Positions 21,171 through 31,228 are shown, counted from the stretch's first letter. The stretch: DNA of 64,000 nucleotides from an uncultured Acidimicrobiia bacterium (GCA_963786955.1 CAWBAT010000005.1:1216001-1280000); one strand, 5' to 3'. Numbers and translations: made by a program. Notes: generated from the sequence alone by a model not told the origin.

Positions 21171-24100
21171 TTACCTTCTATTAGTCTTTACATTCGCAAT
21201 GTTGGAGTAAGCGGAATTGCCAACTGTGTTGTAGCCACGAACACGATAGTAGTATCTTGTATTCGTTGAGAGGCCCGTGTTTGAGTAGGTGGTCACATTC
21301 ACGCCCACAGTGGCAATCTGGGTGAAATTTGTTCCGTTGACGGACCGTTCAATCATAAACCCATCTTCATTGTTGGCATTGTCCCTCCAGGCCAGGTTAA
21401 TCTGGCTTGTTGAAATGGCCGTCGCCGTCAGATTGGTGGGAGTGGCTGGCGCCGCCTGCGGAGTCGCGCTGGCTTGAGCTGAGTTGGCGCTTTCCCCGCT
21501 GGTGTTGACCGCCGAGACCACGTAGAAATAGGGGGTGGCGTTGGTCAGCCCGGTGTCGGTATAGCTCGTGGTCGTGGGGCTGGCGAGGGTGGTGTAGGGG
21601 CCGCCACTGGTCGTCGAGCGCTTCACATTGTAGCTGGTCGCTCCACTAGAAGCCGTCCAACCGAGCGCCACCTGGGCATTGCCGGCCGTCGCCGTCAGAT
21701 TGGTGGGAGTGGCTGGCGCCGCCTGCGGAGTCGCGCTGGCTTGAGCTGAGTTGGCGCTTTCCCCGCTGGTGTTGACCGCCGAGACCACGTAGAAATAGGG
21801 GGTGGCGTTGGTCAGCCCGGTGTCGGTATAGCTCGTGGTCGTGGGGCTGGCGAGGGTGGTGTAGGGGCCGCCACTGGTCGTCGAGCGCTTCACATTGTAG
21901 CTGGTCGCTCCACTAGAAGCCGTCCAACCGAGCGCCACCTGGGCATTGCCGGCCGTCGCCGTCAGATTGGTGGGAGTGGCTGGCGGACCCACCTCATCAG
22001 CCGCAACACTTGTAAGTCCAAAATCAGCGTTTAAGTTGGAACTTCCTCCTGAAAGAAAGAATCCTATGCCCGGACTACCAGTTGTGTAGGTATTGTCAGT
22101 AGCTGTCACTACCTGGACGTTATTGACATAGCCTGTAATGACATTTCCTACGATAGTCGCTTTTATTGCTATTCCATTTGTAATATAGCTTGATGAACCA
22201 CTACTGGCATTGCCTATAACGGTAAAACTACCGATAGGTCCATTCCACCGAACAATTTGAATCCACACGCTAGAGTTATTGATACATCTAAAATTAACCT
22301 CGTACCCTGTAATGCTATGTGCTGAAATACTTGTACGAAGTCTCAGTTCAACTTCCTCGCTCACTGACGAAGTCTGGTTGACCGTATAGACATTTGCAGT
22401 AATCGTTTGATCTGGTGCCCATGTTCCAGCTAAAATGGCAGTTGAGTCACCGTAGTAATTGCCTGTGCCTGGAACTTGAGTGCCAAATGCTTTCCCTGGA
22501 GTCGTCCTAACATTATTCCAATCAAGACCGACCGTCCCTCCGCTAACCCAAGCTCCACCCTCTGAAATGGGGTTCTCCGTAAGAGGAAAATTGGTGGTGT
22601 AGGAATTTGCAGAAGTACTTTGAGCGAGTAAATTTACGGTAGTGTTATCGGGAGAGCGCTTGATCTTGAAGCCGTCCTGACGGCTATTATTACCGGTCGA
22701 CGTTAGGTCGATCTGGCGGGAGGAGATGGCAGTAGGAGTGGGGCCGGAGGGCGCATCCGGCGGTAGAAGGCGATCTGGCATGCGGAAGGCGAAAACCGGA
22801 TCGGTTGTGCGATTGACGAGAATGAACGCGTCGACTGATGGCACATAGCGCCAACGGCTGTAAGTACCATTCGAATTGGGTGCCGTTGGTATAACCGAGT
22901 TTGTCGCCGAAGCAACAACCTTGGCCCAAACCCATGACTCCGTCTTCCAATCCCCTGAAGGGGGAGTAAGCGTGTAGACGCTCGATCCCGAATAGCACCC
23001 CACGAAACGCTTGCCGACTGGATCCCAATCAAAACCGATCGCTGAAACGTTTTCGAGTGTCTTGTCGCCAACCGTGGAAACAGTAACAGCCACATTTTCG
23101 GGCGCCTTCAGTTCATGTACTCTGACCATGTGAGAGCCGCCCCCATCAACAGTGACCATCAGGTCGCGAGTCGGGTCGATTGCGGATGCAGCATCCATCT
23201 CAAGATACTCCGTCGTATATACCGTCCATGCTCCTATGCCAGCATCTGCGTTTGGATCAAACTTCGCAAACGGGCTGGTGAACGCCGGCCACACCCAAAA
23301 CACATCGCGGATTGAATCGTAGGCGGTTGTTGTGCCTGTCTGACTGTTAATTGCGGGATGGTTTGGGGCGCGGTGCCATTGACGTGTGTCCAGATTAAGC
23401 AGGTGGACGTGGGACGTTCCACAGACGCCGCAATTCTGTAATGAAGCGCTACCCAACAACACGAAAGAGTTTGTGCCTGGGTGATAGTCCACGTAGTCGT
23501 AGGTGTGCCGGGCGCAAGGACTGCCGTCCTGTAGTTGGCCGATGCTCATGTCGCAGTTCGGGTTGACGATGGGTTCTGTAAATCGTGTCCAGAGCCCATT
23601 CCCAATATCAAATAGGTACACCTCATTACCAAGGTAGTCGCTATCGCCACCACCAAAGACCATGTATCCCCCGCGTGTGCCGTACCTTGGAGAGACGGCC
23701 CCGCCGCTCCAGGTATCGATTACTCCCCGCTGGCCGATCAAACCGGAATACGTGCAGTTATTCAGTGGGCATGGATCCAAATCTTTGATTGTATTATGCG
23801 AGATTATCCCCCACTCGCCTGGAGCTATACTTAGCGTTGTAAATGTAAAGTCATCACTAATCGAGGAGTTCCCCCAAGCGTCTTTGGATTTCACTCGGTA
23901 ATGATACTGGGCATGAGCCGTGAGACCTTTGATTGCTAGAGAATGGGAAGTAACCAGTGCAGTATTTAAGGTTGTCTGTGATCCGTATGAAGTCGTCGAG
24001 CCATACTCAACTTGAGAATCCGCGTTTTCGTTTGTCGACCAGGTGATCGTTACGCTTCCCGAATTAATGTTTGTCGATTGAATTCCGGAAATTGTTGGAG

Positions 24101-24437
24101 CTGTGGTGTCCACTGCCTTTGAAACTGTAAAGGTAGGGCTAGAGCTTGTGAATTGATTGTCAGCGGCGTGGCTAGCAACAGCACCGGTCGTGCGCGACCC
24201 ATTTGTTGTACTCTCCGTATCCCAGGAAAGTGAATCAGGCCACGCCAGGTCTTGCACTCTTAAATTGTTCTGGCCGTCAAATAAGACAACCTTATTGACA
24301 GGATTATATTCTGCATCATTTAGTCCTAGTCCACTCGCAATTCCTGGGCATACCATGGAAATAGAAAGTAACAAAGATAAGGGTAAGCGTGTCATTGCAT
24401 TGATTTCTCGTCTTGCCCTTTTCACTGCCCTCTCCAT
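21171..24437 (-). CDS. Large secreted modular protein: Ig/Fn3-like domains, a putative beta-propeller, a ~200-aa beta-sandwich/lectin-like module and three C-terminal Fn3 domains
   Basis: Hydrophobic N-terminus; Fn3 motifs (PATPTNLTATA...W...YTDTGLTN..YFYVVSA); GGGDSDYLGNEVY...ARHTYD region; AAGGA RBS. Confidence 0.8.
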   Translation of the reverse strand: MERAVKRARREINAMTRLPLSLLLSISMVCPGIASGLGLNDAEYNPVNKVVLFDGQNNLRVQDLAWPDSLSWDTESTTNGSRTTGAVASHAADNQFTSSSPTFTVSKAVDTTAPTISGIQSTNINSGSVTITWSTNENADSQVEYGSTTSYGSQTTLNTALVTSHSLAIKGLTAHAQYHYRVKSKDAWGNSSISDDFTFTTLSIAPGEWGIISHNTIKDLDPCPLNNCTYSGLIGQRGVIDTWSGGAVSPRYGTRGGYMVFGGGDSDYLGNEVYLFDIGNGLWTRFTEPIVNPNCDMSIGQLQDGSPCARHTYDYVDYHPGTNSFVLLGSASLQNCGVCGTSHVHLLNLDTRQWHRAPNHPAINSQTGTTTAYDSIRDVFWVWPAFTSPFAKFDPNADAGIGAWTVYTTEYLEMDAASAIDPTRDLMVTVDGGGSHMVRVHELKAPENVAVTVSTVGDKTLENVSAIGFDWDPVGKRFVGCYSGSSVYTLTPPSGDWKTESWVWAKVVASATNSVIPTAPNSNGTYSRWRYVPSVDAFILVNRTTDPVFAFRMPDRLLPPDAPSGPTPTAISSRQIDLTSTGNNSRQDGFKIKRSPDNTTVNLLAQSTSANSYTTNFPLTENPISEGGAWVSGGTVGLDWNNVRTTPGKAFGTQVPGTGNYYGDSTAILAGTWAPDQTITANVYTVNQTSSVSEEVELRLRTSISAHSITGYEVNFRCINNSSVWIQIVRWNGPIGSFTVIGNASSGSSSYITNGIAIKATIVGNVITGYVNNVQVVTATDNTYTTGSPGIGFFLSGGSSNLNADFGLTSVAADEVGPPATPTNLTATAGNAQVALGWTASSGATSYNVKRSTTSGGPYTTLASPTTTSYTDTGLTNATPYFYVVSAVNTSGESANSAQASATPQAAPATPTNLTATAGNAQVALGWTASSGATSYNVKRSTTSGGPYTTLASPTTTSYTDTGLTNATPYFYVVSAVNTSGESANSAQASATPQAAPATPTNLTATAISTSQINLAWRDNANNEDGFMIERSVNGTNFTQIATVGVNVTTYSNTGLSTNTRYYYRVRGYNTVGNSAYSNIANVKTNRR
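21417..21986. repeat. Exact 267-bp tandem repeat (about 2.1 copies) encoding identical 89-aa Fn3 domains
   Basis: GTCGCCGTCAGATTGGTGGGAGTGGCTGGC recurs at 21421, 21688 and 21955. Confidence 0.95.
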
Positions 24438-24899
24438 AGGATTCCTTTTAAATCAGATTCCCGAACTGTGCTGCAACATCCAGCGGCCAGCGTCACGGCA
24501 ATTAACAAAACCGGACAAAGTGAAATGGCGATCGCATTGAGTCACACAAACGGTTTCGTGAGGGGATGCTCCTGTCGCCTTATGGAATGCAAGTACACCA
24601 TGCACTCGATTTCTTAAATACATGAACACATCATTTCCTTGATCTATTTGATCGATCGTAGCATCTTGGCATTACTCGAAGCCCCGTTAGATGCTACCCC
24701 AAAACCCATAACATATCGTTTTGTCTTGAGGAGAGTTCGTTGAGTTGTCGACACGGAAACGAAATCGCATGCTACCGTAATTTCACGTTCCACGAAACGA
24801 TATAATTTTGTTGGTTGCGAGGGCCTGACCAACGATGAAATTACTCAGCAACTGGATAGCCGACCGACAAGCCAGCACGTTTCTTGGATCGTGGATAAT

Positions 24900-25420
24900 G
24901 GCTCATCCCATCAAGGACAGCGATATGTGGCGCGACTGATGGCGTTACTCTCGGTACAGCTGAATGGGCCCTATCTGTTGGATGGATTCTGTCACGGGGG
25001 ATATTGCCTTGGAGATGACAATACAACTTGAGCATAAAGGTTACGGACTGGACGCAGTACTATTCCAGAAGCTGAGGAATTTTCCCCTCGATTGTCTCGG
25101 GGTTTCTGCCCATGTCATTGGATTTATCTCAAGGTGCCTATTTGCTCGAACCGGAGGAAAATCCCCGACAGTTGCGCCTGTCGCGCCTGACCGCAGGGCA
25201 CTCTGGCGGGCTGGCAAGATTGTCTATCACGATCCGGTCGAGAATTACGCCCCGGACAAATACTCTGGAAGCCTTATTCTCTTTCGCAGTGCCACAAGTC
25301 TGGAGGCGATTCCCGGGGACCCTGCCTGTCGATAGCGACACGTCACCCCCGACGTTGAAGTTCGAGCGATCCAAGGCCGTCATCCTTCTTGCATTCCCGA
25401 TGATCTGGCAGATTGGCTCG
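24900..25420 (+). pseudogene. Decayed type-I (NRPS/PKS-like) thioesterase domain
   Basis: Fragments in different frames: VQLNGPYLLDGFCHGG / IALEMTIQLEHKG / YAPDKYSGSLILFRSA / VEVRAIQGRH. Confidence 0.6.
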
Positions 25421-25641
25421 GAAGATGAAGTCATACCTTGCTGGGCCTTTCAGAAAATGCTCAAGAAGTAACCAACTCGACCTTCCAGATATCAGGGGTT
25501 ACTCCTCCGGAGCAGGTCTTTCGAACGGAGTGTTGTACGCATCCCTGTGTTTCCAAGGTTTCTTTTCAAATCGGGTTGATTGTAACTGCCAGCATTTCGA
25601 TCTATGCGATAAGTCGAAGAAGATCCGAGGGGTGAGGAGAG

Positions 25642-26811
25642 TCAACCATGCATAGAATAGAGCATGCGCAGATCCCAATTAGATAAGTCGAGTAGGCGGT
25701 GGTCCGAAATCATCCACTTCTCCGGAGGCAACTCGTCTCGGACAGGCCGTATGATCACACAATTTCTGTATTTCGAGCCTTCTTTTGGCTGCATGGGATT
25801 GAAGCCAGCCTCAGCCAGAATTGTCTTCTTTTCGTCTGAAAGTGTTGCAGTCCAACTAAACAGCTCCTCGAACTTCCCCTGTCGAATCGCAGTGCCTAAG
25901 AGTTCTTTCAAGATAGGAGTGTTGGTTGCTTCCCAATCGACGATGTTCACTTTGCCCCTTCTTTGATGGTCGGGAAAATATCCTTGCAGGACTAAATACC
26001 CTCTTAAGAAATCCTCTTTCCAGAAGATAAAGCGATAATCACGCGAAGGATTTTTGAACCGCCAGGAGAAGTATTCTTTATCTCTGACGTGCCGGAGACG
26101 ACCATCGTAGGACAGCCTTTCCACTAGTTCAGCCATTGCAGGCGGATCCGGAGTCTTAGAAATGAAGAGACGACTATTTTCCGGTTGCCCCTGTCGCGTT
26201 TGAGCCTTATCCAGCCAGAAGAAAGTTGGTTTTTTTATGAAATGAAGAGAAGGTATTTTGTCGGAAAATCTCCAAATTAGCGGAAGACTAGACGCAATTT
26301 TTTTCATATCGGGTATGGGTAAGCGAGGTTTACAAGTGAGCGTCACGGGTTCCATTGAGCCGATGCTTCGCCATCCAATTGCCAAGGATGCCAGGAAAGT
26401 TATCGGACCGGAACTCAAATTGAAGGCATATTCATAACCTCGGGTGGCTAGATCGTCAAAGGCTGCCTTCATGATCCTGGGAATCAGCCCGGCATTGCGG
26501 TAGTCAGGAGCGATAACGAGATCATCAGGATACAACCCAATGAACGTCCCGGCTCCGGGCCCGATTTGCCATTGAGTTCCCAAAATGCCTCGCATTCCTA
26601 CCGCCCTGCCCCCTTTGAGTGCCAGGTATATCAGCGGATTTCGAATATAAGGATTACACTCATACTTCCATTCAAAATAGGCCTTATTGAGGGCTCGGTC
26701 AGGACCCCACAAATGGGTCTGGAGGTTTACAATCTCGTCCTTCAATTCAGGCTGATATTTGACAATCTCAATCTGCATTCCGATAAGCGGAGAGTTCATT
26801 TCCGCAAACAA
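25642..26811 (-). CDS. GNAT-family (tandem GNAT/FemAB-like) acyltransferase
   Basis: YFEWKYECNP, DLVIAPDYRNAGL acyl-donor loop, RDKEYFSWRF.NP; last gene of the ligase-ACP operon. Confidence 0.75.
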   Translation of the reverse strand: MFAEMNSPLIGMQIEIVKYQPELKDEIVNLQTHLWGPDRALNKAYFEWKYECNPYIRNPLIYLALKGGRAVGMRGILGTQWQIGPGAGTFIGLYPDDLVIAPDYRNAGLIPRIMKAAFDDLATRGYEYAFNLSSGPITFLASLAIGWRSIGSMEPVTLTCKPRLPIPDMKKIASSLPLIWRFSDKIPSLHFIKKPTFFWLDKAQTRQGQPENSRLFISKTPDPPAMAELVERLSYDGRLRHVRDKEYFSWRFKNPSRDYRFIFWKEDFLRGYLVLQGYFPDHQRRGKVNIVDWEATNTPILKELLGTAIRQGKFEELFSWTATLSDEKKTILAEAGFNPMQPKEGSKYRNCVIIRPVRDELPPEKWMISDHRLLDLSNWDLRMLYSMHG

Positions 26812-26819
26812 TTCTCTGT

Positions 26820-27071
26820 CTAGCTAGTTTTAGAATTCTGTTTCTCGATGAACCCAAGTATGGAAGCCATGGTATCCCATTCTTTAGGAAGGTCAAAAGA
26901 AGCAGGGTCAATGGGGGAGTCGGTATGATTTTCTATCCACAGAGCCAGGTTGAAAAGAGCCGACGAATCCAGCAGTCCCGATTGAATAAGAGACGTATCG
27001 TCTCTTATTTCCAAGTTTGATTCTGAAAGCGCTTCCCTCAGAAAATCCAGCAACTGAAGGCGTGGAGGCAT
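26820..27071 (-). CDS. Acyl/peptidyl carrier protein
   Basis: 83 aa, acidic, SLIQSGLLDSS phosphopantetheine motif. Confidence 0.85.
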   Translation of the reverse strand: MPPRLQLLDFLREALSESNLEIRDDTSLIQSGLLDSSALFNLALWIENHTDSPIDPASFDLPKEWDTMASILGFIEKQNSKTS

Positions 27072-28607
27072 CTAACCATTCCTTTTGAACAGACGGGGGT
27101 CAACCGCAGCAAGACCTGTACATCTTTGCCCAACATCAGTCCGGTTGATCTTGCCGCGTGAACTGCGCGGAATCTCATCAATAAAATACCAACGCACAGG
27201 CATTTGATGTTTCGCCAAATGATGATTTGTCCAATCATACAAGTCTCGAATTGTATCGTCATTCTTGGATTTCAAGACAACGGCTACCCCAATATTCTCT
27301 CCAAGCAGAGTATCTTCATAGCCGAATGTGCAGACATCAAGAGTCTCCTTAAACCTTTCAACAACCGCATCGACGTCTCCAGGATAAACCTTCATCCCAC
27401 CCTTGTTTATTTCCTCGCGCACTCGGCCGCGAAGGTAGAGGAATCCTCGTTCATCGAGGTAGCCAATATCGCCAGTAAAGAACCACCCCTGGGTAACAAC
27501 CTTGCGAGTCATCTCCTCATTCTCAAGGTAGCCTTTCATCAAGGCCGGGGTGTTTACCCATACAAAACCAGAATTGCCTAGTTCACACTCGTGTGTGGCA
27601 GCACGGAAATCTTCAGTGTCTGAACATTTCAAAACCTTCACGACTCCTCCCCAGGCTTCACCAATCAATCCGTCTTCCGGAGCAGAATTCCTCACTGTGG
27701 TTCCAGCCAACCAACTCCCTGTTTCGGTAATGCCGTAGGCGTTGAAAACCTCCTCAGCGCCGGTCCACTCTTTGATGCTTTCCCATAGAAATCCAGAGAG
27801 TGGGGCAGAACCACAAAAAACTCTCTTCAATTTCCGTGATTGAGGTGGACGGGCTGTCTTTAAGGCCAAGCGCCAAACCGTCGGCACTGAGGACATGAAG
27901 GTAATCTCATGCTTATCCAGGATTTCTCCTAGCTGCATGATGATTTCAGGCTTGAAAGGAGGAAGGATGTAAAGATCCAATCCAGACAACCACGGAAACA
28001 GACAGTTACAGATTAATCCGTGTCCGAAGTGAGTGGGTAGCAAACAAAGAGTCCTCTTATAGGCAGCCAGTCCGAGCGACTGACGTAAACTCATCCAGCG
28101 TGCGAGCAAGGAGCGATGCGTGTGAACGACGCCTTTGGGCGACCCTGTGGTTCCGGAAGTAAAAAGGATCAGGGCTTCCTGATCGAGTGCAAAGTTATTG
28201 CCAATATTTCTTGAAAGCGTAATCGATGATCCCGTTATTGGAGAATCAGAGGATGTAAGAACCTGAACTCCCAACGAGGACAGCGCTTTGAGCATCATGT
28301 CATCGGGTGTTTCATGCCACAAAGAGAATCGAGGATGAGCGGCCCGAGCTAGTGTCTCCACTTCAAAGATCGTCAGCCGCGGATCAACAGGGATGATGCA
28401 ACCTCCAAGGCTCCAAATCGAAATCAAATCTACAAAAAATTCTATGTTATTACCGTATTGGATGAACACTCGGTCGGATATTCTCATCCCTCTTTCTTCA
28501 AAATAAGCAATGCGTTCGTAACATCGGCTCATGAAAGACGGGCGGTCCCAGCGGCGGCCCGTCAGCGGTTCAGTGATGCTGCCAACATGCAGATCGAGGA
28601 ACATCAT
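27072..28607 (-). CDS. AMP-binding (ANL family) acyl-CoA/acyl-ACP ligase
   Basis: FTSGTTGSPKG, AYGITE, TGDIG, GRVRE, PRSSRGKI motifs. Confidence 0.9.
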   Translation of the reverse strand: MMFLDLHVGSITEPLTGRRWDRPSFMSRCYERIAYFEERGMRISDRVFIQYGNNIEFFVDLISIWSLGGCIIPVDPRLTIFEVETLARAAHPRFSLWHETPDDMMLKALSSLGVQVLTSSDSPITGSSITLSRNIGNNFALDQEALILFTSGTTGSPKGVVHTHRSLLARWMSLRQSLGLAAYKRTLCLLPTHFGHGLICNCLFPWLSGLDLYILPPFKPEIIMQLGEILDKHEITFMSSVPTVWRLALKTARPPQSRKLKRVFCGSAPLSGFLWESIKEWTGAEEVFNAYGITETGSWLAGTTVRNSAPEDGLIGEAWGGVVKVLKCSDTEDFRAATHECELGNSGFVWVNTPALMKGYLENEEMTRKVVTQGWFFTGDIGYLDERGFLYLRGRVREEINKGGMKVYPGDVDAVVERFKETLDVCTFGYEDTLLGENIGVAVVLKSKNDDTIRDLYDWTNHHLAKHQMPVRWYFIDEIPRSSRGKINRTDVGQRCTGLAAVDPRLFKRNG

Positions 28608-28886
28608 CGACCTCCCAAAGCATTAAGAATGGATGAATAATCGAGGCTACTCTTACACACATCGGCCCTATTTGAGGCAATGTTCATTAGATTCTCAGTC
28701 CATCAATGTTCAAACCGCTTTTGGAGTAACCTGCATCTGAGAATCATTCGTCAGGGGATTCCAAGTTGAATGTGGTAACTTGCCGCATTGTCCCTAAGAG
28801 ATGGTGAGGATGATAGAGTCTTTCATCGTTTAGGCAGGAATTCGTTCAAATGAACATCAATTGTAATGGTGAGAGTATCCTAACTT

Positions 28887-29291
28887 TTAGAGCTGTATGC
28901 CCTGGGCATTTCTCGTCCTGCTTTGGATGAAAAATCCCATTAATTCGTAGATGAGGTTACCGACCATCCAAAGTCCGGCTAAAATCGTGACCCAATAACT
29001 CGCCGGTCGGGGGCTTTGTTTTGAGTTGACCAAATAGACAACCATGATGCCAAGAGTGATTACTGTTAGGAGAAAATAGCCACCATAAGCAACGATGCTA
29101 ATAATTTTCCATATGAACCCAAGCTTTTGCCTGAGCAATTTTCCAATGTTCCCGGCGATGAGCTTCCCTGCCATTATTCCTACCAGAAAACCGGGTACTG
29201 AGATCAAGCAAAAAGTTGAGAAGTCGAGATGCACCGGTTCCTCCTTACTTCTTGGGGGATAAGTCTCCTGCCGCCTGTTCGTGGACCCCAC
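28887..29291 (-). CDS. Hypothetical membrane protein (about 3 TM helices); start uncertain
   Basis: Three hydrophobic segments; co-directional with and adjacent to 29297-29803. Confidence 0.6.
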   Translation of the reverse strand: MGSTNRRQETYPPRSKEEPVHLDFSTFCLISVPGFLVGIMAGKLIAGNIGKLLRQKLGFIWKIISIVAYGGYFLLTVITLGIMVVYLVNSKQSPRPASYWVTILAGLWMVGNLIYELMGFFIQSRTRNAQGIQL

Positions 29292-29296
29292 GCCAA

Positions 29297-29803
29297 TTAT
29301 TGCTTTACTTCCTCACGCCAAGTGTAAGCATTAATCCTCCAGCGATCATTGACCCTCGACAAGATCCAAATTCCTTGGCCGACCAGACCTTTGAAGCCCT
29401 GCTGTTCATAAATTTCAGACGTTTTGGAAAAATTCCCCTTGATAATCGCCGAGTTACCCGCCAGTTCGATCTCTAGATTCATGAAATTCAAATTGATACT
29501 TTTCCCGGCCTTAAATTCGTCAAGATGGGTTAGCAGAGCCCGGCTCAAACCATAACTCTCACCAGTATTCCCATTGATTTCTACATAGGAGTCCGCGCAA
29601 TCCCGGTATAGTAATAGAGGGTCATGGATTTTGTAAGCTTCGGATTGCCTTTCTAGCACTTCTTTGATTTTTTCCTGCGGGTTGGCAGAGGAGGAGACAG
29701 CCTGATTCAAAGATTTCTCTACTGGGTTAATGGATCGCCCGACGTAGTAGCCGATGCCGCCCCCGACCAGAAGAACCGCAAGAATGTACATATATGGCTT
29801 CAC
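29297..29803 (-). CDS. Membrane-anchored NTF2/SnoaL-like (DUF4440-type) protein
   Basis: N-terminal TM helix; helix then IELAGNSAII...WILSRVNDRWRI strand pattern; GAGGAG RBS. Confidence 0.65.
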   Translation of the reverse strand: MKPYMYILAVLLVGGGIGYYVGRSINPVEKSLNQAVSSSANPQEKIKEVLERQSEAYKIHDPLLLYRDCADSYVEINGNTGESYGLSRALLTHLDEFKAGKSINLNFMNLEIELAGNSAIIKGNFSKTSEIYEQQGFKGLVGQGIWILSRVNDRWRINAYTWREEVKQ

Positions 29804-30455
29804 TAAGAATCTCCTCGGTTCAATCCTGCATGACTACTAATTGATTTACCGACAAAATCAGGACACCATCCAAGAATTTAGCGGCCATCTTAGCTTGATT
29901 TGAGGATTGAAATGAAGAAAAGAATGCAAGGGTATCTCGAAGCAATGACCCAATAGCTAGGCGTGAACTGGAGCAGTCTTAGGGATGGATACGACGGCAA
30001 TTGCATTCTTGCCCGAAACGGAAATTTTCAGGTCCAAAGGAGGAGGGGTAACTGCAAGAGAACGATTTGTTTCGCTTGGAAAAGACGGACCAGCCACTTC
30101 GTCTAAAAAGGGATGCCAATAATAGGGCATATGAATCCCACTTCTCAAAACTCACACGGTAGGATGCTTTTTCAAACGAAGCCAGGAAGTGAGGTCTTCT
30201 CGGCTACATCAACCACCCATTCTATGGCTAATCCCCCCCAAACACCGGAATTCCTCACGCCTCAAAACACAGATAATCCCGTTTTACCTGGAATCTTAGC
30301 AGTACACATCTTCCATTCTCTTGTCTACAGTAGGAACTTTTTTTCCATTATTTGCCCCCTTTTTTTCAGAAACAAACAGGTGTGCAGGTTTTCAACTAAT
30401 TGATTGAATTTGAAATCATTCGATTTCAATTTTGGAAAAGGAGATTTGATGGCAA

Positions 30456-30471
30456 TGGAAACAAAAGTGCT
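30456..30471 (+). promoter_or_regulatory. Candidate sigma54 (-24/-12) promoter for the PilZ gene
   Basis: TGG-AAACAAAAGT-GCT gives GG-N10-GC; inverted repeat TTGAAATC-N4-GATTTCAA upstream at 30410-30429. Confidence 0.45.
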
Positions 30472-30497
30472 TCTAAGTTAAAGACTTAAATCTGACC

Positions 30498-30896
30498 ATG
30501 GTAATTCGGGCGCTCCCCATAAACGAAATAGATCCAACTGTGACCGAACCTTTAGAGAGTTCAACAACTCCTGCATTTGACCGCCGTTCTCATTATAGAC
30601 TGCCTATTCGGGTTCCCATTTTCATCAAGGGGATTGATAGTCAAGGAGAAGAATTCTTCGAACTGACCCACACGGTTAACGTGAGTGCCAGCGGTGCCTG
30701 TTTTGTAAGCAGAAGGGAATTGCAGGTTGATGCCGATTTGATGGTCTCGATCCCTGCTCCTTTGCCCTCTGACCAACAAGAGTCGGAGGAATATGACTTT
30801 AAGTTTCCTGCCAAAATTGTCCGTGTTAATAACGGAACCACTCACCCCAGCAGGAAAATCTCCGTAAAATTCACCAAGCTACTCTACGACAAATAA
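30498..30896 (+). CDS. Stand-alone PilZ-domain protein
   Basis: RRSHYR (RxxxR) and NVSASG (D/NxSxxG) c-di-GMP-binding motifs. Confidence 0.88.
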   Translation: MVIRALPINEIDPTVTEPLESSTTPAFDRRSHYRLPIRVPIFIKGIDSQGEEFFELTHTVNVSASGACFVSRRELQVDADLMVSIPAPLPSDQQESEEYDFKFPAKIVRVNNGTTHPSRKISVKFTKLLYDK

Positions 30897-31137
30897 TACC
30901 CTTTTCTCTGAATTTTCTCTCTCCCCCGCTCTCCTCGGGTTTCCGATATTACCCCTCGACATTTCGCCGATATGGAATAGGGATTCCATTTTCAAGAAAT
31001 TATATTCCTTACATTTCTAAGTGGAAATTTATTTCATACTTGAAGTAAACGATTTAATGACATATATATTTCATTACAGATAGTTGATTTAAAAGAGGAT
31101 ACAAATGTAATGAGAAATTTTTTGCATTTCCCCAGCA

Positions 31138-31154
31138 TTGGACACTTCGTTGCA
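31138..31154 (+). promoter_or_regulatory. Candidate sigma54 (-24/-12) promoter for the activator/EPS operon
   Basis: TTGG-ACACTTCGTT-GCA gives GG-N10-GC; preceded by an AT-rich tract (~30990-31125). Confidence 0.55.
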
Positions 31155-31228
31155 ATATCCTCTTCCGTTGGCAGCAAGGCAATACAATTCTTTTTCAAAG
31201 GGCGACGGGTTGGCCCGGTGAGGCAAAT

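Noticed and set aside
21417-21986. Repeat considered as a CRISPR array or mobile element
   Set aside because: In-frame 267-bp coding repeat with no spacers and no cas or transposase genes
29957-30403. ORFs upstream of the PilZ gene
   Set aside because: Short, with no family motifs or convincing RBS; probably regulatory or intergenic DNA
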